A DNA stretch of 64,000 bases from Bacteroidales bacterium (lineage in GTDB: Bacteria; Bacteroidota; Bacteroidia; Bacteroidales; JAADJA01). The stretch lies in assembly GCA_020052415.1 (NCBI GenBank), contig JAGVPB010000078.1:146642-210641 (forward strand). Direction: 5' to 3'. The notes under the pieces were generated by a model that had not been told where the DNA came from, made no database searches, and was given only the letters and a program-made list of their open reading frames with translations. Positions 8,552 to 17,852 of this stretch are shown here, piece by piece (the first letter of the stretch is position 1; each line of letters starts with the position of its first letter). Position numbers and translations under genes: made by a program.

Positions 8552-9845
8552 ATTCAGCTATGAATTCAAATTTTCTAATATTAGGAACTGCGCCAAATTT
8601 TCCCGTCCTATACCATTTGTCAAATGGTATGTCAGAACGAACTCCTTTTAAATCTTTAAAGTCCTTAACAGAATAAAATTCTGTTATTCCATACTTGTTT
8701 TTTTCGCCAAACCATATTTGGTCTTTACGAAATATTTTCTTGTCTAATAGTGTCGTTTCATGTGTCGCAAAAATTAATTGTGAATTGTTACGATTCACTT
8801 TTGGATTGTGAAACAGTTCAACTAAAAATTTTGCCAAGTCAGGATGTAAACTGTTGTCAAACTCATCAAGAAAAATAACTGTTGGTTTTTCTCTTTCAAA
8901 TGCTTCCAGTATTAAACCACCAATTGCAAACATCATTCGTGTTCCTTGAGATTCTTGGTCATTAAAAGTCAACATTTGAATTCCAGCATCATTAGATTCA
9001 TGGAATACTGGATGCACACCAAAAGTTTCAAACTTCAGTTGTTCAGCAACCTTTGCTCTAACATCAGGCGGTAATTTTTCAAAGTCCTTATCAGGTCGTT
9101 CAGAAACATGAACTTCCATAATTTTTGTGTCGGCAACGCTAATGAGTTTGCTTAATCGCTTTCTGAAAATATTATTCTCTGGATTGTTGTAAATCTTTTG
9201 AACCTTATTATACAAAGATTCTGTGTGATGAATAGATGGAATATTCCAAATCTCTATTGATTTAAAATAAAGATAAATGTCCCTAAACTGGTCATTGGGT
9301 GTATTCCCAATTTTTGATAGATACAAATGATTATTGGGAACTCGCTTATCCTCTTTTGTTACCATACCATCGCCAAACTCTACAAACTCGTTTCCATCTT
9401 TTCTTTCAAAAATTTTAGAAATCCGATTTGTTTCGTAAACACCCAAATACTCATACAGTATTCCTTCTTTGTTGAACTTGATAATGTATCTGTGTCTTTT
9501 GTTGTTGTTTGGAATGAAGTTTATTTTTATTTCAATCGGCTGATTCTTTGAGTCAATGTCAAGCAAAAATGGGTCGTAATATTTTTCTGGAATTAAGTCT
9601 CCCGATTTGAGGTCAATAGAATTCAAGATAAAATACTTTAATGACCACATCAATCTTATCAAGTTTGATTTTCCTGATGCATTAGAGCCATAAAGAACCG
9701 CTGATTTTACCAATTTTAAATTCTTTGATTCGGCTAAAGGACAAAACACATTCTGAGTTTTCAAATTGGAAGAGTTCGCCTCAAGAGAAAACAATTGTTC
9801 CTCCTTGATTGAACGGTAATTCTTAAATGTGAGGTCGATTACCAT
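8544..9845 (-). CDS. RloA-like AAA_21 ABC ATPase (abortive infection/defence)
   Basis: Walker A YGSNASGKSN, ESQGT signature, Walker B IFLDEFDNSLHP, QLIFATHE, KDQIWF, C-terminal GKFGAVP; overlaps the rloB-like gene. Confidence 0.9.
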   Translation of the reverse strand: MVIDLTFKNYRSIKEEQLFSLEANSSNLKTQNVFCPLAESKNLKLVKSAVLYGSNASGKSNLIRLMWSLKYFILNSIDLKSGDLIPEKYYDPFLLDIDSKNQPIEIKINFIPNNNKRHRYIIKFNKEGILYEYLGVYETNRISKIFERKDGNEFVEFGDGMVTKEDKRVPNNHLYLSKIGNTPNDQFRDIYLYFKSIEIWNIPSIHHTESLYNKVQKIYNNPENNIFRKRLSKLISVADTKIMEVHVSERPDKDFEKLPPDVRAKVAEQLKFETFGVHPVFHESNDAGIQMLTFNDQESQGTRMMFAIGGLILEAFEREKPTVIFLDEFDNSLHPDLAKFLVELFHNPKVNRNNSQLIFATHETTLLDKKIFRKDQIWFGEKNKYGITEFYSVKDFKDLKGVRSDIPFDKWYRTGKFGAVPNIRKFEFIAEYE

Positions 9846-10162
9846 AGCTATGATTCTTAAATTTTACTGCAAAGAAACGACTTTTATTTGGATTTTCTTG
9901 TCCGAAACTGTAAATTTTGCAAATAATTTTCATAATTATACATTTCATAAAAGTGGGTGGGAAAATTTTAGCGCTTTTGCTTTTTTGAAACATTTGAATT
10001 TGCGTGAAGGAAAAAAAAAAGTGCTAAAATGTGCAGTGGCTTGTCTTTCCGTCCTTTTGCATTCCGTTCACTGTGTCCCTGGTGTCTATTTTAACGCTTT
10101 GATCGCCTGGTTCTGGTAAGAACTGTTTAACTTATTTGGTTTTTTAATTCCGCTAAGGTTCT

Positions 10163-10170
10163 TATATTTG
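10163..10170 (+). promoter_or_regulatory. Bacteroidota sigma-A -7 element
   Basis: TATATTTG 22 nt upstream of ATG 10193. Confidence 0.6.
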
Positions 10171-10192
10171 CCTTCTTTTGAAATCCGGTAAT

Positions 10193-13100
10193 ATGAAAAG
10201 AACTTTTTTACTTGTATCCGTACTTCCTTTGATTTTGCTATCTTTTGTGGGTTTTTCACAGGTTCATACCTCCTATCTCTGGCATCTTCACCAGCCGATA
10301 TACTGGGCTGAACAGAGCGCCTGGGATCCGTATGCTTACCAGAAAGCGTGGGAGTCGCACTGGCTAAAGATGAACAACGGCAACTGGTACTCCGACGGGC
10401 AGCAGCACCCATTGAATGATTTGTATGAAATTTTCAGTAAAGATGATCGGGTGGCAGTCTATCAATGGCGGGTAAAGGATGCCGTGCAATCCCTGTTAGG
10501 TCATTCCGAAGCCGGTGCGCAGGTATGTTACTCAGGCAGCCTTATCGAGAATGTGAACAGCCTTGCCGCTGCCGGACAAATGGGCTATAGCTCAGGCTGG
10601 CAGAATAATTATATGACCGCCCGCGGCTGGCAAACTTCGGGTGGTAAACCGAGGCTCGACATTACGGCTTTTACAATGGATCATTCTTTGTCGCCGCTCG
10701 TCAGCGATCGGGTTCTACGAAAACAAATACAGGTTTATAAACAAGCCTATACCGAAGTGTTTGGAAGCAATCCATATTTTTCAAAAGGTAACTGGCCGGC
10801 GGAATGTTCTTTCAGCGAAAGGATCATAAAGGCGCTGGTTCAGGAAGGTATTGAATGGAGTGTGATTGCCAACAGTCACCTGGCCAGGACGCTGAACGAT
10901 TATCCATTGAATTACGGAACGTCAGGATGTAATATTGATCCGCCTAATGGAGCCGATAAAATTGCAACCAACGGCATCAACTGGTGGAATGGCCAGATTG
11001 ACGGTCGCGGCGGAGCTTTTGCAGCGCCATTCTGTTACCAGGCTCATAAAGCCAAATATGTGGACCCGGAAACCGGAACTGAATATCTGATCACGGTTGT
11101 ACCTATGTGCGACCTGCTCAGCTATAAAAACGGTTATGCCCTGATGGGAACGGGCGAAATTGATTCTTACATCGCGCCTTACGATGTTCCGGGGCATCCT
11201 TCGATGGTATTGTTTGCCCATGATGGCGACAATGCCTGGGGCGGAGGTTTTGATTACTACGCCAATTCGGTTCCGCAGCTTGCTAATGCCTGCGCCGCAA
11301 ACGGGTATGTGCCTTCCACCATCCAGCAATTCCTTACCGACCACCCGGTTCCGGCGAACGATATTGTGCATGTGGAAGACGGATCATGGTTTAATGCTGA
11401 GAATGACTGGGGACACCCTCAATTTATTAACTGGATATGGCCTATGTACACCGGCAGCTATGAATTCAATCCGAACGGCTGGACCGAAGACGCCCGCAAC
11501 TGGGCGGTTCTGACAGCGGCTGAGAACAGGGTTCTGATGGCGGAAGACCTTTCGGGAGGAGTTGATATAGCCGACATCCTTCATCCGGGAAGCGGTTCAT
11601 CGGCTGCCGAACGAGCCTGGCATCATATTCTGCCAGCGTTTTCGAGCGATTTCATGTATTACGGAACCTCTCTCGACATGGAGGTAAAGCAGTCCCTTGC
11701 CTGCAATCTTGCGACTGATTTTGCGAACCAGGTGATCAGCGCCAATCCCGGAATAGATAACACAGTTCCTTCGGTGTTCATCCCTCAGAGATATCCTTAT
11801 AATCCTGGTGGAATTGGATTCGGACCCACTTATGGCTACCAGCAGCATCAAAATGCTTCCGATTTCTTTGTCTGGACATTTGCCTATGACGTTTCCGGTT
11901 TGCAATCGGTCGTTTTAAAATACCGGACAGATAGCGACGGTACGAATCCCCTGACAAATAACGAAAACGATACTTATGCCGGAGGTTCAGGAGTAAGTTC
12001 ATGGCAAGCAATACCTATGACATTCCGCGATTTTCCGGAAGGAAATATTACGGGCAATCCTGATATTAACTTTTTTATTATGCCCGACTATTGTGCCGAT
12101 GAATATTACGGTGAAATCACCGGCCTTTCGGAAACGCTGGTTGACTATTATGTGGAAGCTACAGATAACGAAGGTAATGTGGCAAAAACGGCCATTCAGC
12201 ATGTTTATGTCGGCCTCTATAATCCAGGAAGCGGTGGTGGTGATTACAGCGTGAGCTGGCTTCCATCAAATCCTGATGAAAATGATGTGATCACTATTAC
12301 TGTAGCCAATCCAACTTCAATTCCAAAATTGCATTGGGGCGTTAATAACCAGGGAAGCAACTGGCAGACGCCGAACAGTGTTTATTGGCCAGCCGGAACA
12401 TTTCTTTTCAACGGTACAGGCCCTGCGGTAGAAACACCTTTTACCGGACCAAACGAAAACAATGAATATACTTTGACAATCGGGCCTTTTAATGACCCGG
12501 CTCAGGCAGTTTCAGCCATTGCCTTTGTGATCCATTTCCAGGATGATTCATGGGACAACAATAGCGGGAGTGATTACCATATTGCTATTGGTTCGCAAAC
12601 GATCATCGGAGTGCAATGGGAACCGGAAAATCCGACACAGTTTGATGTAATTACGGTCAATGCAGGCCAGGCCACTCAGGGAGCAAAACTTCACTGGGGA
12701 GTGAAGGTGAACGGAACCGGATGGCAGTCGCCGAACCCGGTTTACTGGCCTGTCGGCAGCTACCTTTTTAACGGAACCGGACCTGCGGTTGAAACCCCGA
12801 TGTCGGGCCCTGTGGATGGAGTATTATCACTGAACCTCGGCCCATTTAATAATCCTTTACAAGTAGTTCAGGGAATTGATTTCGTGATACACTACGACGA
12901 CAATACATGGGATAATAACAACGGTCAGGATTATCACATCACAATTACGAATATTGAACCCTCATATCTTGATTTAAAGGTATTTCTTGAAGGGCCGTTT
13001 AACGGAACCTCCATGAACACCGGGTTAACCGGTTCAACAGTTTTACCATTAACTCAGCCCTTCAATACAGAACCCTGGAATTATTCCGGAACCGAAAATG

Positions 13101-13633
13101 CCGGTGCGATTCTGCCTGAGACAGTGGATTGGGTACTTATTGAATTGCGCGACGCAGCTTCTGCAGCTCAGGCAACATCTTCGACTGTTATGGCCAGGAA
13201 AGCAGGACTCATTCTCTCCGACGGACAAATAAAGGATATTGACGGAACATCGGATATGCAGTTCATGATTAATGTTTTAAATAACCTGTTTGTTGTCGTT
13301 TATCAGAGGAACCACCTTGCAGTGATGTCGGCAAATGCACTTGTAAAGTCTGTGAATACATATTCCTATGATTTCTCGACAGGATCAAACCAGGCTTATG
13401 GAAATACTGATGCTCACAAGCAAATAGCAACAGGAATTTGGGGGATGGCAGGTGGTGATGGAGATAAAAACGGTACTATTGATCATTCCGATAAATCAAT
13501 ACTGTGGGATGAAAACGCAGGGACACGCGGATATTTACCAAATGACTTTAACCTTGATGCACAATCCGGCAATCCTGATAAAAATGATATATGGTTACCC
13601 AACATTGGAAGAGGTAGCCAGGTGCCGGAATAA
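10193..13633 (+). CDS. Secreted GH57/GH119-like alpha-glucan hydrolase with two starch-binding-type modules and C-terminal LEGPF/HRNH + dockerin-like module
   Basis: Signal peptide from ATG 10193; WHLHQP, WPAECSFSER (putative nucleophile Glu) and AHDGDN (putative proton donor) as in GH57/GH119; two LHWGV...WDNN.G.DY repeats (~12250-12590, ~12610-12950); shared tail from ~12968. Confidence 0.8.
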   Translation: MKRTFLLVSVLPLILLSFVGFSQVHTSYLWHLHQPIYWAEQSAWDPYAYQKAWESHWLKMNNGNWYSDGQQHPLNDLYEIFSKDDRVAVYQWRVKDAVQSLLGHSEAGAQVCYSGSLIENVNSLAAAGQMGYSSGWQNNYMTARGWQTSGGKPRLDITAFTMDHSLSPLVSDRVLRKQIQVYKQAYTEVFGSNPYFSKGNWPAECSFSERIIKALVQEGIEWSVIANSHLARTLNDYPLNYGTSGCNIDPPNGADKIATNGINWWNGQIDGRGGAFAAPFCYQAHKAKYVDPETGTEYLITVVPMCDLLSYKNGYALMGTGEIDSYIAPYDVPGHPSMVLFAHDGDNAWGGGFDYYANSVPQLANACAANGYVPSTIQQFLTDHPVPANDIVHVEDGSWFNAENDWGHPQFINWIWPMYTGSYEFNPNGWTEDARNWAVLTAAENRVLMAEDLSGGVDIADILHPGSGSSAAERAWHHILPAFSSDFMYYGTSLDMEVKQSLACNLATDFANQVISANPGIDNTVPSVFIPQRYPYNPGGIGFGPTYGYQQHQNASDFFVWTFAYDVSGLQSVVLKYRTDSDGTNPLTNNENDTYAGGSGVSSWQAIPMTFRDFPEGNITGNPDINFFIMPDYCADEYYGEITGLSETLVDYYVEATDNEGNVAKTAIQHVYVGLYNPGSGGGDYSVSWLPSNPDENDVITITVANPTSIPKLHWGVNNQGSNWQTPNSVYWPAGTFLFNGTGPAVETPFTGPNENNEYTLTIGPFNDPAQAVSAIAFVIHFQDDSWDNNSGSDYHIAIGSQTIIGVQWEPENPTQFDVITVNAGQATQGAKLHWGVKVNGTGWQSPNPVYWPVGSYLFNGTGPAVETPMSGPVDGVLSLNLGPFNNPLQVVQGIDFVIHYDDNTWDNNNGQDYHITITNIEPSYLDLKVFLEGPFNGTSMNTGLTGSTVLPLTQPFNTEPWNYSGTENAGAILPETVDWVLIELRDAASAAQATSSTVMARKAGLILSDGQIKDIDGTSDMQFMINVLNNLFVVVYQRNHLAVMSANALVKSVNTYSYDFSTGSNQAYGNTDAHKQIATGIWGMAGGDGDKNGTIDHSDKSILWDENAGTRGYLPNDFNLDAQSGNPDKNDIWLPNIGRGSQVPE

Positions 13634-13699
13634 TCATTTTATACTCTCAATTTAATTCTTTTTCTCAAATTAATTATCAGAAAACTTTCAGTAATTTTC

Positions 13700-13728
13700 T
13701 TTGTTTATCGAATGAATTGTTACATTTG
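13700..13728 (+). promoter_or_regulatory. Bacteroidota sigma-A promoter (-33/-7)
   Basis: TTTG (13700-13703), 17 nt spacer, TACATTTG (13721-13728). Confidence 0.65.
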
Positions 13729-13782
13729 CAAGCAAACAATCCTTCTGGTCGAACTTAATTTAAATATATAAATATCACTAAA

Positions 13783-16700
13783 ATGAAAAAGTATCCTTTA
13801 TTTATTATTGTTTTGGCAATCATTTTTGCCTGGACAGTTGGTTATGCACAGCAAACAAAAAAACCGCAAGCAAATAAAGCGGTGAGTGATCAGGTTGATA
13901 CCCGGATAGACAACATGGGCTATTGGATGGAAAAAGCCAAACAGGGGCTCGTTCCTTATAGCCAGCCGATACCGATCAAGCCCGCCGAATATACAGGCAG
14001 TAAGATCAATGTAAAAGGAATCAAGTCTATAGAGTCAATAGATGTACCGGTCACAAATTTAACCAATGTTACCGAAAGTGAGAATTCAGTATTCGTTGAT
14101 CCCAATAATGCTAATTATATTCTGAACTCCAATAATTCTACTTCATGGTCAGGAGGTTCAGTAGGAACCCTTTATGGGGCCAATTATTTTCAGTCGTCCA
14201 ACGGAGGCACCACCTGGGGCGGAACGCCCAACGGTGCAGGAGGCAGCAATTCAGGTGACCCGACTACAGCTATTGGTTTGAATGGTCGTGAATACGTAAA
14301 CTACATCACTAATCCCGGTGGACAGGGAATTGCCTGGTCGGATGACGGAACAACCTGGTCGGCGGTCACAATAGCCCCGAATCCCGGTTCTCTCGCTGAT
14401 AAAAACCACATGTGGATTGACAACAAGGCAGGCAGTCCCTATGAAGGAAATCTTTATACAGCATGGACAGATTTTGGAGGAGGGAATAACAATAACATAG
14501 TCATTTCACGATCAACTAATGACGGATTATCATGGTCATCACTTATAAACCTGAGTTCGGCAGTTGCAGCAGGAAGCCATAACCAGGGCGTGAATATTCA
14601 GACAGGCCCCGGCGGAGAAGTATATGTTTGCTGGGCGATTTACGACGGCTGGCCGACGGATGAAACAGCAATTGGCTTTGCCAAGTCAACCAACGGAGGA
14701 GTAAGTTATACAGCAGGAACAAGAATTAAAACGGGACTAAAGGGTATCCGGACAAGCGGGTCAACAAAAAACCACAGGGTTAATTCTTTTCCATCAATGG
14801 CAGTGGATATTAGCGGCGGGCCTAACAACGGGAATCTTTACATCGTATGGACTAATATCGGAACTCCCGGAGTGAATACCGGATCAAACAGAAGTGTCTA
14901 TATGATCCGTTCAACCAACGGTGGAACTACATGGTCAGCGGCAATAAAGGTAAACCAGAATCCATTTATTGATGGCGATGTGGCCTATTTCCCCTGGATA
15001 AGTTGCGATCCGGTGACAGGAGTTTTGAGTACTGTATTTTATGATGACCGTAATGTAACCGCTGGTGGAGCTGTCGAAGTATTTTCAGCTTATTCGCTCA
15101 ATGCAGGCGCTACCTGGACCGACTTTGTTATCAGCGATGTATCTTTTACACCAAGTCCGATTCCCGGTTTAGCGAGCAGTTATATGGGTGATTATCTTGG
15201 GATCACATCAAAGGGAGGAAAGGTATATCCATGCTGGACCGACACCAGAGGCGGATTATTCATGACTTATGTTTCGCCTTATGAATTGGGATTGAATGCT
15301 GATTTCATGGCCAACAATACCACACCATGCACAGGCTCAACCGTAACATTTAGTGATTTATCCACTGGCAGCCCAATATCATGGACCTGGAGCTTTACCG
15401 GTGGAACCCCATCAAGTTATGTTGGGCAAACACCGCCAGCGATCACATACAGTACGCCCGGATCATACAATGTTTCTTTAACAGTCGGAGATGGAACCGC
15501 AACTGATACTGAAACTAAAACAGGATATATTTCTGTTCAAAATGTTATTGCAAATTTCTCAGGAACACCTACAACTGTAGTAGTTGGAAACACGGTAACC
15601 TTTACCGATAATTCGTCCTGCAGCCCGACATCATGGAGCTGGTCATTTCCGGGTGGAACCCCCGCTACTGCCACTGGAGTTGGTCCGCATATTATTACTT
15701 ATAACACGCTCGGAACTTATGATGCAAGTCTTACTGTTACAAAGAGCGCAAGTAATGATACAGAAACAAAGACGAGCTATATCACAGTAATCGCGCCTGA
15801 ATTTAATATGACAAATGGAACCGTTACCACATGTACCGGTAATTTCTATGATTCGGGAGGTCCTTCAGGGAATTATCAGAACAATGAAAACTTTACGGAA
15901 ACATTTTATCCATCAACATCAGGGGCAATGATTCGCTTTACCTTTGCATCATTCAACACGGAATCAGGCTATGATTACCTTAGGATTTATAATGGTACCA
16001 GCGTTGCCGCTCCTTTAATTGGTACCTATAATGGAACGACAGGACCGGGAACTGTCACTGCATCGAACGCAGCCGGCGCTCTTACTTTTAATTTTACTTC
16101 AGATTACAGCGTTACCCCTGCCGGATGGTCAGCTGCCATAACATGTTACAGCACTTCGCTTCCACCGGTTGCAAATTTTTCAGCATCAAACACTTCTCCT
16201 TTTGTTGGAGAGACTGTAATTTTCACTGATCTTTCAAACAATGCTCCTACTACATGGGCATGGTCATTTAATCCCACCTCGATATCTTATGTGGGAGGTA
16301 CAAATGCCAATTCTCAAAATCCACAAGTGCAGTTTAATTCTTCAGGGCTTTACACTGTAACACTGGCAGTTACCAATGCCTATGGTTCAGATTCTGAAGT
16401 AAAAACAAATTACATTAACGTTATTCATACCATACCGCCTTATGTTGAAAATTTCGAAACATTCGCGGCAGGGAATTATGTGGCACTGACATCTCCGTAT
16501 TGGACAACCTGGTCGAATTTACCGGGAGGTACGGAGGATGCAGTTATTGTTTCTACTCCAACTCATGGCGGAACAAAGTCTGTTAAAATTGACGGGGTAA
16601 ATGATCTTGTTTTGCCACTTGGTGATAAAACCTCTGGAAAATACATAATTAGTTTCTATATGTATGTTCCTTCGGGCAATTACGGATATTATAACCTGCT

Positions 16701-17694
16701 TCAGTTATTCAACGGTGCAAGCAGCGAGTGGGGTGCAGAAATTTTCTTCAGTACAAGCGGCGCCGGATACGGTAATGCTGGTGGCTCCAACTCGTTCACT
16801 TTCAGCTATAGTTACAACACGTGGTTTTTTATGAAGAATGTGATTGATCTGGATAACGATCTGGCCCAGATTTATTTGAACGGAACATTACTCAAGCAAT
16901 GGCAATGGAGTTTAGGCGCATTGGGAACCAGTAATTTAAACCAGCTTGGCGGTCTGGATATGTATGCCTGGAATGTCAACGGAACTCCTTTGTATTACTT
17001 TGATGATCTGAGCTATTACGAAATCCTGCAGTTGGATGTGACCGCATATCTTGAAGGACCCTTCACCGGGGCATCAATGACTCCATACATAAATGGGTTA
17101 TTGCCATTATCACAACCCTACAATATTGCACCCTGGAATTACACGGGTACTGAAAGTGTTGCTGCTATTCCAAATGTCAACATTATTGACTGGTTGCTGA
17201 TTGAATTACGTGATGCACCTACAGCAGGCCAGGCCACGGGTGCAACAATGATAGCCCGCCAGGCAGCATTCCTGCTGAACAATGGCAAAGTGGTTGGCCT
17301 GGATGGCAGCTCGGTTCTGAGATTTGAATCTCCTTTCTTCAATAACTTATACCCGGTTATTCATCACCGTAACCATCTTGGAATTATGCCGGCCAACGGA
17401 CTTACTCAAACAGGTGGTATTTATACCTATAATTATTCAACAGGTGTGGGACAGGTTTATGGCGGGATAAACGGGCATAAAGAACTTTCACCCGGAGTTT
17501 GGGGTATGATCAGCGGCGATGGCGATCGAAATAAAACCATCGGAACAGGTGATAAATCACCTCTATGGGAAGACCAGGCTGGAACAAGAGCTTATCAATA
17601 CAGCGATTATAATCTTGACGGCCAGTCCGACAACAGCGACAAAGACGATAAATGGGTGCCAAATATCGGTAAGGGCTGTCAGGTGCCGAATTAA
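13783..17694 (+). CDS. Large secreted protein: BNR/sialidase-like propeller, PKD x3, CUB, beta-sandwich domain, LEGPF/HRNH + dockerin-like C-terminus
   Basis: Signal peptide; Asp-boxes; DK..MWID and MGDY motifs; CUB (FYDSGG...YDYL.IY.G...FTSD.SV...GW); shared tail. Confidence 0.85.
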   Translation: MKKYPLFIIVLAIIFAWTVGYAQQTKKPQANKAVSDQVDTRIDNMGYWMEKAKQGLVPYSQPIPIKPAEYTGSKINVKGIKSIESIDVPVTNLTNVTESENSVFVDPNNANYILNSNNSTSWSGGSVGTLYGANYFQSSNGGTTWGGTPNGAGGSNSGDPTTAIGLNGREYVNYITNPGGQGIAWSDDGTTWSAVTIAPNPGSLADKNHMWIDNKAGSPYEGNLYTAWTDFGGGNNNNIVISRSTNDGLSWSSLINLSSAVAAGSHNQGVNIQTGPGGEVYVCWAIYDGWPTDETAIGFAKSTNGGVSYTAGTRIKTGLKGIRTSGSTKNHRVNSFPSMAVDISGGPNNGNLYIVWTNIGTPGVNTGSNRSVYMIRSTNGGTTWSAAIKVNQNPFIDGDVAYFPWISCDPVTGVLSTVFYDDRNVTAGGAVEVFSAYSLNAGATWTDFVISDVSFTPSPIPGLASSYMGDYLGITSKGGKVYPCWTDTRGGLFMTYVSPYELGLNADFMANNTTPCTGSTVTFSDLSTGSPISWTWSFTGGTPSSYVGQTPPAITYSTPGSYNVSLTVGDGTATDTETKTGYISVQNVIANFSGTPTTVVVGNTVTFTDNSSCSPTSWSWSFPGGTPATATGVGPHIITYNTLGTYDASLTVTKSASNDTETKTSYITVIAPEFNMTNGTVTTCTGNFYDSGGPSGNYQNNENFTETFYPSTSGAMIRFTFASFNTESGYDYLRIYNGTSVAAPLIGTYNGTTGPGTVTASNAAGALTFNFTSDYSVTPAGWSAAITCYSTSLPPVANFSASNTSPFVGETVIFTDLSNNAPTTWAWSFNPTSISYVGGTNANSQNPQVQFNSSGLYTVTLAVTNAYGSDSEVKTNYINVIHTIPPYVENFETFAAGNYVALTSPYWTTWSNLPGGTEDAVIVSTPTHGGTKSVKIDGVNDLVLPLGDKTSGKYIISFYMYVPSGNYGYYNLLQLFNGASSEWGAEIFFSTSGAGYGNAGGSNSFTFSYSYNTWFFMKNVIDLDNDLAQIYLNGTLLKQWQWSLGALGTSNLNQLGGLDMYAWNVNGTPLYYFDDLSYYEILQLDVTAYLEGPFTGASMTPYINGLLPLSQPYNIAPWNYTGTESVAAIPNVNIIDWLLIELRDAPTAGQATGATMIARQAAFLLNNGKVVGLDGSSVLRFESPFFNNLYPVIHHRNHLGIMPANGLTQTGGIYTYNYSTGVGQVYGGINGHKELSPGVWGMISGDGDRNKTIGTGDKSPLWEDQAGTRAYQYSDYNLDGQSDNSDKDDKWVPNIGKGCQVPN

Positions 17695-17739
17695 TGCTCA
17701 ATCTCTTGTAGGACTAAAGTTTTGGGAAAATAATTAGTT

Positions 17740-17768
17740 AAAAAACTCAGGGAACCCTGAGTTTTTTT
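17740..17768 (+). terminator. Intrinsic terminator
   Basis: AAAAAACTCAGGG-AA-CCCTGAGTTTTTTT. Confidence 0.85.
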
Positions 17769-17794
17769 GTTACAGTCAATTTTTTGTATATTTG
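17766..17794 (+). promoter_or_regulatory. Bacteroidota sigma-A promoter (-33/-7)
   Basis: TTTG (17766-17769), 17 nt spacer, TATATTTG (17787-17794). Confidence 0.6.
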
Positions 17795-17852
17795 CCGGTT
17801 CATCGCATCATTAATGAGTTTCTGAAATATTAATTCGAAAAATTATACTAAT

